From Centroscyllium fabricii (Eukaryota): a DNA stretch of 64,000 nt. The DNA lies in the NCBI GenBank assembly GCA_051313645.2, contig JBNRSN020000002.1:354392001-354456000 (forward strand), given 5' to 3'. Position 1 is the first letter of the stretch. The number at the start of each line of letters is the position of its first letter. The position numbers were made by a program, and so were the translations under genes. This document shows, one piece after another, positions 11,740 to 23,794 of the stretch. Below the pieces are notes generated by a model. That model was not told the DNA's origin and did no database searches. It saw only the letters and a list, made by a program, of their open reading frames with translations.

Positions 11740-12440
11740 ACTTTAATTGTCACTTGCGAACAAGGCCCTTGCCATCCATGAGCTTATCGTGGATGATTGC
11801 ATCGACATCATGCCCCTGACGGAAACTTGGTTGAAGGGTGATGACACCTAACCCTTAAATACAGCCCCCCCACCCCACCCCACCCCACCCCACAACCTGG
11901 CTATACCTGCCCCGCTCAGACTGCCATGATGGTGGTGTGGCTCTCATCACCCCCAAATCACACTTTGGTCTGTCCCCCTATTCCTCCGGCAGTTTTTCCT
12001 CCTTTGAGCTCCTCGCCTTATTCCACCCCTGGAATGCAAAGATAAATCCCGGCTCTCGGGCTCCAGGCGTGTCGGGCAGCTTAGTGTTCTTTGTTGCACG
12101 GTGCGTTCGAACCGTGAAAAAAGCATTTCACTGTCTAGATTGCACTTGTTGTATTTTAGTACATGTGACAAATAAAATTGAAATTGGAATTGAAATTCCA
12201 ATCGCTAACCGTCTTCTTAAACCCCTCTCCCTTGTCTCCTCCACCCTCCCCTCCGATAACAAGTGTGAGGAGCTCGGGGACTTATTGGCTTGAAAATTGA
12301 GACAATCTGTTCAGCTGCTTCTGCCACTTTCCTTCCTTCCCCTAGCCCACTGGGCCAAACTTTCTCAAAGGTTTGCCCCTGCCCTAGCCCTGAACTCACA
12401 TCTTACTCCAGTTTCTCTCCAATCTCCCCTCATCGCCTCT
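11740..12440 (+). mobile_element. L2-like LINE fragment with an inserted LINE 3' tail (~12035-12200)
   Basis: Endonuclease-like LTETWLKGDD and GGGVAL; the insert ends AATAAAA(TTGAAA)n. Confidence 0.55.
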
Positions 12441-12948
12441 CTAATCTAATAAGGAAATACCGAGCTAGCAATTATCATAACATTGAATTTGACATTGGGT
12501 TTGAGAGGGAGGAGAGTAATTTGCTAACTAAGGTAGACTTTGGAGGGATGAGGCAGGAATTGACCACAGTAGATTGGGCAGAACTGTTAACTGAGAAAAC
12601 TACAGATAAACAGTGGGAGGTATTCAAAGAAGTATTTGGCAGGATAAAAACCTGTAGATATCCTTAAAGGGCAAGAGCCCTATTGTGTAATTAAAAAACC
12701 TTGGTCAAAAAGAGAAGTGTGAGATAGTATAGAATAAAAAGAAAAGGCTTGTATGAATGCAAAGAACAGTAAAGATCCCGCAATCTGGGAGCATAGGTAC
12801 AGGAGTAGGCCGTTCAGCCCCTCAAATCCATTCCACCATTCAGTTAGATCATGGCTGATCTGTGTCTTAACTCCCATCTACCCAACTTGGTTCTGTAACC
12901 CTTAATATCTCTGCCCAACAAAAATCTATCAGTTTCAGTTTAGAAATA

Positions 12949-13403
12949 CAGGTTCAGCACCGTTAATCCGGCACCCTCGGGACCAGGCCGGTGCCGGACT
13001 ACTGAAAATGCCTAAGCACTGAAGGTTCGGGGAGCGCATGCGCAGAGCAGTCAAAATGGCCGCAGTGCGCGTGTAGAGCATTCAAAATGGCCGCTGCGCG
13101 TGCGTAGTACAGTACAAAGAGTGAGGGAATGGGATTCACGGTCATGGGACTCTCCGGTGCTGAAATAAATTGCCCGTCTACCTGGTGGTCCGGGAGGTAT
13201 GTAGATTCGCGGTCCTGGGAGACTCCAGTGCTGCCGGGGAGAGGCCCGTGCATCGCGGGGTGCTGCCGGGGAGAGGCCCGCCCATTGCGGGGTGCTGCCG
13301 GTTCGCACGCGTCCCTAGGATCACGTGGGCCGGCCAGCGGGATTCGTGCCGGACCACTGAAGGTGCCGGATTAACCGTTGCCGGATTAACAGTGCTCAAC
13401 CTG
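12949..13403. mobile_element. Tc1/mariner (Tigger-like) MITE, family A
   Basis: TA|CAGGTTCAGCACCGTTAATCCGGCA ... TGCCGGATTAACAGTGCTCAACCTG|TA; splits a minus-strand CR1 3' end. Confidence 0.85.
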
Positions 13404-13616
13404 TATTCAATTGGTCTAACCTCAACCGCTTCTTTGGGGCAACAGTTCCAGATTTCCACCACCCTTTGTGTGAAGAAGTACTTTCTGACGTTAACCCTGA
13501 ACGGCCTTGCTCTAATTAGAAGGCTATGCCCCCTTGTTCTGGACTCTTCCACCAGAGGAAATAGGTTCTCTCTCTCGCTACCCTATCAAATCCTCTATAA
13601 TCTTCTATACTCTAGG

Positions 13617-14512
13617 GACGGCACGGTGGCGTAGTGGTTAGCACTGCTGCCTCGCAATATGGAGCTCCTGGGTTAGAATCCTGCTTGGACCAGGACCCCT
13701 CTGCGTGAGGTTTGCATGTTCTCCCCATGTTCGTGTGGGTTTCCTCCGGGTACTCCGGTTTCCTCCCACCACCCAAAGACATGCAGGTTAGGTGAATTGG
13801 AGATACAGGTTGAGCACCGGAAATCCGGCACAGGCGGGACAAGGCCCGTGCCGGGAAAGTGAAAATCCCGAACCATTGAAGCTTCGGCGAGCGCATGCGC
13901 AGACCATTCAAAATGGCTGCCGCGAAAGGCCGGCGGTCATTTTGAGTGGTCTGCGCATGCGCTTATCGTTTGGGGAGGCCCGGCCCGCGATCGACTCGGA
14001 GAGACACGGGAAAGCCCGGCCCGCGATCGGCTCGGGGAGGCCCGCGATCGGCTCGGAGAGACTCGGGAAGGCCCGGCCCGCGATTGGCTCGGGAAGGCCC
14101 GGCCGACGATCAGCTCAGAGACCCCCGGTCCGGCCCGCGATCGGCTCGGAGACCCCGGCCCGGCCCGCGGATACCATTGTGAATGATCTGTGCATGCACT
14201 CACCATTCGGCGCATGCGCAGATCTTTAGCCGAAGCATCAATTGCGGCGGCCATTTTGCGCATGCGCAGGGCAGTCGGGGCAATTTATGACGGACAACTG
14301 AAGTTGCCGGCTTAATGGTTAACGGATTACCGGTGCTCAACCTGTACTGAAAATTGCCCATGAGTATGTGTGTGAGATGTAGTTCTTAGAGTTGGGGGTG
14401 TCGGGGGATATGGGGAGAGGGTAGGAGTGGGGTGCTGGGTTTGGATGAAAATGGCGGAGCAGGCTCGGAGGGCCGAATGGCCTACTGCTGCTCCTATCTT
14501 CTGTGTTTCTGT
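13617..14512 (+). mobile_element. tRNA-derived V-SINE (HE1-like) interrupted by a MITE
   Basis: A-box TGGCGTAGTGG, V core GGGTTTCCTCCGGGTACTCCGGTTTCCTCCCAC, CR1-like tail. Confidence 0.85.
13806..14344. mobile_element. Tigger-like MITE, family A
   Basis: TA|CAGGTTGAGCACCGG ... CCGGTGCTCAACCTG|TA; internal GGCCCGCGATCGGCTCGG repeats. Confidence 0.85.
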
Positions 14513-14690
14513 GAATACAAGCCTTGTTTATGCAACCTGTCCTCATAATTTAACCCGTTTAGCTTTGGTGAATCTGCATTGCACCCCCAAGGCCAATATT
14601 ATTAACAATCTAATGATGAGTACCTAGCTAACAATTATCTTAACATTGAATTCAATATTAGTTTTGAGAGGGACAAGGAAAATTTGCTAA

Positions 14691-15254
14691 AGGCCCTGTC
14701 ACACCTTGACGTTTTAGCTTGCGTATGCAAATTTGGCCGATACGCTGGTATACGTTGGACAAGTTATGGGTACGTTATGCATACGTTAAGAGCACGCTGG
14801 CATACGCTGGCCATAAGTTGTATAAGTCGTATAAGTCGTGATTTTTTGTGCATGCACAAAAAATCACGACGTATAAATGTTACGATTTATACGTTCCACA
14901 TACGCTGGACATACGTTGTAGGCACGTTAGGCGATCGTTAAACACACATTACCTTGCCCCTGTCATGCCCTGTCACACCTTGACGATTTAAAGCTAGCGT
15001 TTTCCAATTTTTTCTAAATTTATCTAAAACGTCGGCGATACGCTGCCGCGCGCTATGCATACGTTAGACTATCGTTGGGCATAAGTTGTGAACGCTAAGC
15101 ATTCGTTATTGATACGCTCTGTGTACGTTACTAATACGTTACGCATACGTTATGCATACGTCCAATACTCCAAAAATTGAACAAAGTGTCGAAAGTTCAG
15201 CGTTTTAGCCTCATTTGCATAGGCTGGCTAAAACGTCTAGGTGTGACAGGGCCT
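14691..15254. mobile_element. PIF/Harbinger-like MITE
   Basis: TIR AGGCCCTGTCACACCT(T/A)GACGTTTTAGC with TAA/TTA flanks; a paralogous empty site is at ~12516-12537. Confidence 0.85.
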
Positions 15255-15514
15255 TTACTAAGGTAGTGAAGTAGAAATTCCTGAGGTATCGTCCCCAGAA
15301 CTGAATGCAATACTCTAAATGAAGTCTAACCAGAGCTTTGTACAACTGTAACATAACTCCCACCCCTTTGTATTCCAGCACCTTCTACTGTGAAGACTGA
15401 TACAAAGTAAGTATTTATCCATTTCCTCATTTTCAATTGCAGTATCATCTGTGTCTGTCTTTAAGGGGCCCCATTACTCTTAGCCACCCTACTTTAATCG
15501 TTTTTAGTAGTTGG

Positions 15515-16160
15515 GTCAGCCTTGGTTTAGTGGTCATGATGTGGAGGTGCCGGTGTTGGACTGGGGTGGACAATTGTAAGAAGTCACACAACACCAGGTA
15601 TAGTCCAACAGGAAGGAGCAGCGCTCTGAAAGCTTGTGATTTCAAATAAAACTGTTGGACTATAACCTGGTGTTGTGTGACTTCTTACAATTGGTTTAGT
15701 GGTAGCAGTCTTGCCACTGAGCCAGAAGGTTGTGGGTTCAAGGACCACTCCAGAGACTTGAGTCTGTAGTCTAGGCTGACACTTTAGTGCTGTAGTAAGG
15801 GAGTGCTGCACTGTCTGAGGTGCTGTCTTTTGGTTGAGATGTTAAGCTGAGGGCTCTGTCTGCCCTCTTGGGCAGATGTTAAAAAAAAAAAAAAAAAATC
15901 CTGTGGCTCTATTCGAAGAAGAGCTGGGAAGTTCTCCTGATGCTATTGCCAATATTTATCGTTCGACCAACATCACAAAAACAGACTATATGCTAATTTT
16001 AACTCATGGCTGTTTATCGGATTTTGTTGTGCACAAATTGGCTGCCAACTTTTCCTACAGTTATAAAAGTGACTATATTTCAAATGCTTTATTGGTTGTG
16101 AAGCGCTTTGGGATGTCCTGAGTCACGAAAAGTACTATATAAATGCAAATTCTTTATTGG
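15515..16160 (+). mobile_element. SacSINE1/DeuSINE-like SINE
   Basis: tRNA-like head (GGTTCAAG), Deu-like core GTGCTGCACTGTC...GCACAAATTGGCTGCC, L2-like tail. Confidence 0.8.
15535..15690. mobile_element. 156-bp fold-back Penelope-like mini-element (family 1)
   Basis: 13-bp TSD TTGGTTTAGTGGT (15522-15534, 15691-15703); inverted arms around a 5'-truncated hammerhead GAAGGAGCAGCGCTCTGAAAGCTTGTGA. Confidence 0.8.
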
Positions 16161-16923
16161 TTTCAACGTTGTTTCTGCTGGGCATGGATCCAGTCCATAC
16201 AACTATTTGTAATCTCCAACATTGATTTCTTCACCTCGCTAGCTAAGTGCAGGTTGGAGGCTTGCACACGCGGGAAGCCTCCGACCCGAATTTCTGGGCC
16301 AATGTGTTTTCAGTAGGTTTTTAAAATTGTTGTTTCAAACCATTTGTGGAATGCCAATCTCACATTGTGGTGAATTATTCCTGGCACAAAGTATGTTATA
16401 GAGCAAGGATGTCAGAACTATGTTGGGTGAGCCACATGCAAGACCTGGCATTACAGCCCATGAAACACATCAGTTATATTTTACACTTATTTACTACTTT
16501 GTCCTATGGGCTTGGGATTTTGCAGATGTTTGTTCTGTTGCCTCGTTGACGGCTTAATTTTAAATCAGAACTCTTAGATCTGTTGGTATCAACAACTTTT
16601 GAGGTATATGCAAATCACAATAGTAGGGCACACATTCGCGTTTATTGTTTCTCCAAACGGTAAATTCTTAGTCTTAGCATTCATGGGGAGCCACGCAAAC
16701 GCCACCACCAGAGGAGAGGGTACATTGGAGTGAGCATTATCCTGGGGAACGATCGGACTTCTGCCAGCATTCAAGCTGCAGAGAGGGTTGAAAGCAGATT
16801 GGCATTCTACCCCTTTCCATGAACCCCCCCCCCCCCCCCCCAGGTACAGAATATTACGTGATGTGTGCGAATCTAAAGACAGAGAGGAAGCCAAGTTGTA
16901 GATAAGAACAATTTATTATATTA

Positions 16924-17276
16924 CAGGTACACAATCCTTTATCCGAAAACCTTGGGATCGGACGGTTCTCGGATTTAGGATATTTTCGTTTTTCGGAATG
17001 GTCGCATTAATATTTCTGCAGCGAACCTTGTGAATATTCACAAAAAGTGGGATAAATAAAGACTATAAGCAGTTTATAAATACTCTAGTAAAGTTTATTT
17101 GTAAAAATATCGGAGATCAGCGGTCCCGGGAGCATCGAGGCCGTCGGGTGCTGGAAGCATCGGGGCCTGCGTGGCCGGGAGCATCGTGGCCTGAGCGTCG
17201 GGTCATATTTTGCGCGCAACTCGGGTCATTTGTAATTTCAGTTTTTCGGAGCCGCGGATGAAGGAATGTGTACCTG
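16924..17276. mobile_element. Tigger-like MITE, family B
   Basis: TA|CAGGTACACAATCCTTTATCCG ... CGGATGAAGGAATGTGTACCTG|TA; an opposite-orientation relative is at 57191-57698. Confidence 0.85.
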
Positions 17277-17964
17277 TATTGATAAAAGCTAATTACATTA
17301 TTTTCTAACTGAGGTGCTTGTGCACTCCATTAATCTGGTTATTCAAGACCCAGTTTACAAAAAATTGTTGAAGTAAAATAAGTACTCAGTTTGGTCAATT
17401 AATGGCTGTAAACAAGATGCTCTCAGTGATCTGAAGATTGTTTATCCTGCAGACCTCTGATCTCCCTGAGTACCAGGTCACTGTCAACTACAGTAAATAG
17501 AAATAGCCTATTCCTTTGGTCCTTACATAGAAATTACATTATAACAACTATTTAACTCTTAACAGTCTGTGTTGGTGTTTATCCTCCACACAAGCAGCAG
17601 TCTGAATGTCTGGATGAAATAGTTTACATCAGGATTCAGTCCCTAAGGAAGTGGAACCAATATTACCGTGTCACTTCGAGTGAGTAACAGAGCCATATAC
17701 ACTAAGTTCCGAGGTTGGATCCCGAGTCAGTGCTAAGTTAGCTGATTTCAGCTAGGGTGCTACAATTGCCTTGAATGCCTGAGTTGGGAAGGAGAAAATT
17801 GGTCCGCATTACTGTTCCTGCTTGCCTTGCAGCACACCGGGTGGGGCAATATTAGACTCTGTTGTGATGCCCTCTTCCCAACGCTCAGATAGCCTGCTGA
17901 AATTCATATCAAGGCTTCCACTTGAATAGTGCCCACCTGGATAAGGTGTTAGCAGGTAACGAGT

Positions 17965-18295
17965 GGCCACAGCGCGGGAGTTTGCACATTCTCCCCGTGT
18001 CTGCGTGGGTTTCCTCCGGGTGCTCCGGTTTCCTCCCACAGTCCAAAGATGTGCGGGTTAGGTTGATTGGCCAGGATAAATTAACCCTTAGTGTTAGGGG
18101 GATTGAATATGTAGGGTTACGGGGATAGGGTGGGATGTGTGTCAGTGCAGGCTCGATAGGGATCGAGGGATATGGGGGGAGAAGGCAGGGGCGGGGTACT
18201 GGGTTTGGATGATCAGCCATGATCTCATTGAATGTCGGAGCAGGCTCGAAGGGCCGAATGGCCTACTCCTGCTCCTATCTTCTATGTTTCTATGA
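17965..18295 (+). mobile_element. V-SINE, 5'-truncated
   Basis: V core and CR1-like tail. Confidence 0.8.
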
Positions 18296-19273
18296 TTGTC
18301 ATGTGCTTCCCCACCCCTTGCAGTAAAAGCAATAGATACCGTAGCATGATTATATGGCAATAGCTTAAGCTTCAGATTAAGATGAGAGTCATAAAATCTT
18401 TACTTTTGTTTATATTGTCATCTGAACCCTGCGATGTTTGTTATTAACTTTCTTGAAAAAAATATTTAAGGTTTTTTACGGGGCTAAAAATAACTTTTTT
18501 TAAAGTATTTTTAAATTATAAATGAGTTGCAGAAAAATTATTTAAAATATTTAAAAACATTTTATGCTAAGGGTTTTCAGCGGGCAGAGGTTCTGCAGAA
18601 AGAGGAACTCTCGTCCTGCAGAAGTTCTTCAGAGCAGGCGTCTGATCTGTCAAGAGCATTCTTAACAGTTCAGAAGTGCCAGTTTTCAGTGCATGTGCTT
18701 CACTGTAGTGCATGTCTCACACCTGTAGGCATCGGACAACACAGGCCAATGACTTGGATGAAGGGACCGAGTGTAATATATCCAAGTTTGCTGACGATAC
18801 AAAGCTGGGTGGGAAAGTAAGCTGTGAGGAGGACAGAAGGAGACTGCAAAGGGATATAGGCAGGCTAAGTGAGTGGGCAATAAGGTGGCAGATGGAGGAT
18901 AATGTGAGGTTATTCACTTTGGTATGAAGAATAGGAAAACAATACCAGTTAAATGGTGCAAAACTATTAAATGTTGGTGTTCAGAGAGATTTAGGTGTCC
19001 TTGTACAAGAAACACAAAGTTGGCATGCAGGTACAGCAAACAATTAGGAAGGTAAATGGCATGTTGGCCTTTATTGCAAGGGGGTTGGAGTGCAAGAGTA
19101 AGGAAGTCTTACTATAATTCTACAGAGCTTTGGTGAGACCACACCTGGAGTACTGTGCATAGTTTTGGTCTCCTTATCTGAGGAAATATATACTTGCCTG
19201 GGAGGCGGTGCAACGAAGATTCGCTTAATTGATTTATGGAGTAGATTGAGCCTATACTCTTGAGTTTAGAAGA

Positions 19274-19541
19274 CATAATGTGGAGGTGCCGGTGTTGGAC
19301 TGGGGTGGACAAATGCAAGAAGTCACACAACACCAGATTTATAGTCCAACGGTTTTATTTTAAATCACAAGCTTTCGGAGCGATGCTCCTTCGTCAGGTG
19401 AACAGAGAGAGAGACTGACAAAGATCACACATCGGGGGAGGGGAGAAATCCGATCTCATACACATCTAACCCTAGAGCACACAAAGGCATATTAGCATAT
19501 TTTAACACCTCAGTCTGCGAACAATGAGGCACAGTTGCAAG
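19274..19541 (-). mobile_element. Penelope-like terminal repeat, solo copy (family 1)
   Basis: TSD GTTTAGAAGA on both sides; same sequence as the arms of 49856-50780. Confidence 0.8.
19365..19401 (-). ncRNA. Minimal type I hammerhead ribozyme motif
   Basis: Minus strand TCAC-CTGACGA-A-GGAGC-ATC-GCTCC-GAAA-GC-TT-GTGA: intact CUGANGA and GAAA cores, 5-bp stem II, palindromic AGCU stem III. Confidence 0.75.
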
Positions 19542-19804
19542 GGTTTAGAAGAATGAGAGGTGATCTCATTGAAATGTCAGATTCTGAGGGTAATTGACAG
19601 GATAGGTGCTGAGTGATTGTTTCCCCGGCTGGAAAGTCTAGATCTAGGGGGCATAGTCTCAGGATAAGGCGTCGGCCATTTAAGTCTGAGATGAGAAGCA
19701 ATTTCTTCACTCAAACGGTTGTGAATCTTTGGAACTCTGCCCCAAAGGGCCGTGGATTCTCAAGTCGTTGAGTATATTTCAAGGCTGAGATAGATAAATG
19801 TTTA

Positions 19805-21008
19805 CAGGGTGCTACAAATTTTTTTTTCACTTGCCCAGTCGGGCAAGTGGATTTCTAAAACACTTACCCGAACACAAATTTCACTTGCTCAAAATTTTTA
19901 AAGAAATAAATAAAGATTTAACATTTTTATTAAAATGCTTCAATATAAAGCCATAGATTGTGATTGTGCCTTTAGTTGCATTGGCCCGCTTTCTACCCCT
20001 CTCTCCCTAAAACCATTGGCCTCTCCATCCTATTCCACCTTCAAAAATCTTTTCAAAAGTCTATTTCCTCAAGCATTCACTCCATTCCTTCATTTGTCTC
20101 ATCCTTGCTCCACATTCAGTCACAATCACAGTCGATCGAATCCCCTATCACTATTGCCCTCCCACCCTCCTGCACAGTAGAACCACCCCCGGCGCCAGGA
20201 AGCCGTCCGCCGCCACCCCTCCACCCGCAAGTCACCCCCCCAACAGCATTAAAAATGGCACACCTGCCCAAGAGAGGGACAACCACAGGGTATCCCCACA
20301 CCACCCGCCTGCGCCCCCCACTCCGCCCGGTGGCCACCCATCGCCCTCTTGCCAATCTCTCTGCACTCTGGTCTTTTCAAACTGCTGTTTCTGCTCTGTT
20401 CCTGGTCTTTTTAAACTGCCGTTCCGCTCTATCTTCCTGGTGTTTTCAAACTGCCGTTCTGCTCTCTGTTCCTGGTGTTTTTAAACTGTCGTTCCGCTCT
20501 CTGTTCCTGGTCTTTTTAAACTGCCGTTCCGCTCTCTCTTCCTGGTGTTTTCAAACTGCCGTTCTGCTCTCTGTTCCTGGTGTTTTTAAACTGTCGTTCC
20601 GCTCTCTGTTCCGGGTGTTTTTAAACTGCCGTTCCGCTCTCTGTTCCTGGTGTTTTTAAACTGCCGTTCCGCTCTCTCTTCCTGGTGTTTTCAAACTGCC
20701 GTTCCGCTCTCTGTTTCTGGTCTTTTTAAACTGCTGTTCTGCTCTCTGTTCCTGGTCTTTTTAAACTGCCGTTCTGCTCTCTGTTCCTGATGTTTTTAAA
20801 CTGTCGTTCTGCTCTGTTCTCTTCTGCAACTCCTTCACGGCTCAGCTTCTCGAGCCGGACTTGGGCCGACGAGCCGCGAGGAACCCTAACCAAACCCCGT
20901 GGCCTTGATCATTTATGTGAAATACATCGCACTTGCCGAACTGGGCAAGTGCGATTTTCATTTGCTTGCCCTTTGGTGCATTTTGCAAGCGGTTTTTGTC
21001 CCGCCCTG
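19805..21008 (-). mobile_element. CAGGG-terminated hAT-like non-autonomous element
   Basis: Ends CAGGGTGCTACAAA and TTTTGTCCCGCCCTG; subterminal CTTGCCC repeats; reverse orientation to 37509-39159. Confidence 0.8.
20370..20820. repeat. 35-bp minisatellite, about 13 copies
   Basis: Unit TTTTTAAACTGCCGTTCCGCTCTCTGTTCCTGGTG. Confidence 0.95.
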
Positions 21009-21454
21009 GTTTGTACTCTAGGGAATTTGAGATATGGGGATCGGGGTGGGGGCTGTGTAAGTGGATTTGACTTCGAAGATCAGCTGTGATCTTATTGAAA
21101 GGTAGAGCAGGCTCGAGGGGCCGTATGGCCTACTCCTACTCCTAATACTTATGTTCTTATGTAAATCATTGAGACGTGCACACAGACATTGCTTCAATGA
21201 CCAGGGGTCTCCGATTGTGGCATTATTTTGGGCTTCACATGAGCAGTCTTGTCAATGTTTGTTTGAGTTTCACAGTCACCAGCTGGAATGCCTGTGAGTT
21301 AAGTTTTGTGCTGGCTAGGGCAGATTGAAGCTACCGCAAGTAAACTTCTGTTTAAAGCTTATGATAAGGAAGCAAGTTTGCTCATTTTAATTTTATGTAT
21401 CATTTTGAGAAATGTATGATTTGCTGTGTATACCATTTACATAAGACAAATGAA

Positions 21455-21785
21455 TGAATATAGCATCCTTATTGCAGTAAAACATCCCAAGGCGCTTCAC
21501 AGGAGTGTTATCAAACAAACTTTGACGCTGAGTCACATAAGGAGATATTAAGGCAGATAACCAAGAGGTGGTTTTAAGGAGCATCTTAAAGGAGGAGAGA
21601 GGTTTAAGAGAGGTTTTGAGTTTAGGGCCGAGATAACTGAAAGCATGGCTGCCAAAGGTGGAGTGATTAAAATAGGGGATGCTCGAGGTCAGAATTGGAG
21701 GAGAACAGAGACCATGGCGGGGTGGGGGGCGTGGTTCATTGTAGGGCTAGAGAAGGTTACAGCGATCGGGAGGGGCGAGGCCATA
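21455..21785 (-). mobile_element. L2-like 3' end
   Basis: AACATCCCAAGGCGCTTCACAGGAG...TTTAAGGAGCATCTTAAAGGAGG; related to ~31500-31750 and the tail at 41640-41790. Confidence 0.6.
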
Positions 21786-21911
21786 GATAGTAAATGAAAC
21801 CACTTGTCGCTTCAGAAGCTAAATTTCAGTCTGTTAAGAGTGTACAGTCAGTCCATTTCTCAGAAGAAAATCACATGGTACATTTCAGTAGTCAATCTGT
21901 AGGGTATGGGT

Positions 21912-22553
21912 ACTATAGCAAAATACTGCAGATGCTGGAAATCGGAAATAACAGAAAATGCTGGAAAAACTCTGCAGGCCAAGCAACATCCGTGGAGTCG
22001 ACGTTTCGGGTTAGGATCCTTTGTCAAGACTAAAGCCAGGAAATGAAACAGGCAGGAAGGCCGGGGGAGCTGGGAGGGAACAAAAGGGAAGAGAAAACAA
22101 AAGAGAAGAGAGAGCCAAAGAGAAAAGACATTAAGAGTTATTCAAAATGAGAGGAGATGCTGATGGGGCTGTGGACAGGAGACAGCTATAGATTAGGTGT
22201 GAAAAGCACTGGCAGAATGGGAGGTGGCTGCCAAAAGAGAGAGAGAGAGAAAAAAGCCAAATAAAAGGTGTGGATAAAAATAGGTAAATATATAATCGGG
22301 ACCGAAGTTATGATCTGAAATTGTTGAACTCGATATTGAGTCCGGAGGGCTGTAAAGTGCCTAATCGGAAGATGAGGTGTTGTTCTTTGAGTTTACGCTG
22401 AGCTTCCGAGGAACAATGTAGGAGGCCGAGAACAGAGAGATTCATTTCCTTGCTTTGGTCTTGACAAAGGGTCCTAACCTGAAACATCGACTCTATATTT
22501 CTCTCTCCACAGATGTTGCCTGACCTGCTGAGTTTTTCCAGCATTTTCTGTTA
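21912..22553. mobile_element. Fold-back Penelope-like element (family 2) with GIY-YIG C-terminal remnant
   Basis: 14-bp TSD TGTAGGGTATGGGT (21898-21911, 22554-22567); inverted ~90-bp repeats with degenerate hammerheads (21997-22030 -, 22458-22491 +); minus peptide RKLKEQHLIFRLGTLQPSGLN. Confidence 0.85.
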
Positions 22554-23794
22554 TGTAGGGTATGGGTTGTCTGCTTGATCCCTGGGTCTTTTTATCATTG
22601 AGCTAGATACTGCATAGAAGAAGGTGGTACACACTCGATCATAGAGGACACAGGATCTACTCACTGGAGTGGCTAGCGACACTGAACCCATCAAAATATC
22701 TAGTATAAAAATCCAAGCACATGACCCTTATATTTAAATGATGTGTATTTTAACTTCAGATATATCCATTTGTATTTACTATCAGTTTGGCTCAGTGGCA
22801 GCATTCTTGCCTCTAAATTAGAAGCACGTTGAATCAAGCCCGACTGTGGACATGATCACTTCAGTGCAGTACCGAGGAGCGCTGCATTGTCTTTTCAATG
22901 AATCTATAATAACTCTGGGATCGACACCCTGACCAGAATATTCCTCAAGGGCACCAGATGAATCCTTAACCCCTTCACCTTAATTCCTTATGAAGAAACC
23001 ACCTGGGGTTTACCATCCAATCTATCCCTAGGAGTAAATTATGCTTAAATTCGGATTGCCATGTTGTCTCGCATCAACTAGTTCACAGAATCTTGCAGCA
23101 CAGAAGCAGGCCATTCAGCCCATCACACCTGAGCCGGCTCTTTGAAAGAGCTATTCGATTAGTCCCACTCTTTATCCCCACAGCCCTGCAAATCTTTCCT
23201 TTCCAAGTATTTATCCAATTCCCCATGGAAAGTTATTATTGAATCAGCTTCTACCGCCCTTTCACGCAGCGCATTCCAGATCATAACAATTCACTGCAGG
23301 AAATAAATATCCCCTCCCCTCTGGTTCTTTTGCCAGTTATCTTAAATCTGTGAATCAGGGCTGGTCACCTGGCTTGATGGTGATGGAGGAATGATGGATA
23401 TGCCGGGCCATGTAATTACAGATTGTGGTAGCATACAATTTTACTGCTGCTGATGATGGCCCACAGCGCCTCATGGATACCAAGTTTTGATCTTTTTAAT
23501 CTGTTAATCTATCGCATTTAGTGCGGTGGTAACGCCACACAACATGATGGATGCTGTCCTCAGTGTGAAGACGAGACTTCATCTCCACAAGGACTGCTGT
23601 ATTCACCCCTACCAGTACTGTCATGGACAGAGATTCATCTGCGAAAGGTAGATTGGTGAGAACATAACAGAAATAGGAGCAGGAGGACGACCAATTGCTC
23701 CTCGAGCCTGTTTTGCCATTCAATAAAATCATGGCTGATCTTCGACCTTCACTCCACTTTCCTGCCTGATTACCCTATTTTTAAAATTTGTTCC

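Larger units (their letters stand above)
18735..21160 (+). mobile_element. CR1 3' half interrupted by a Penelope repeat and a hAT-like element
   Basis: [22 protein letters not shown] and RPHLEYC; 3' tail at ~21100-21160. Confidence 0.8.
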
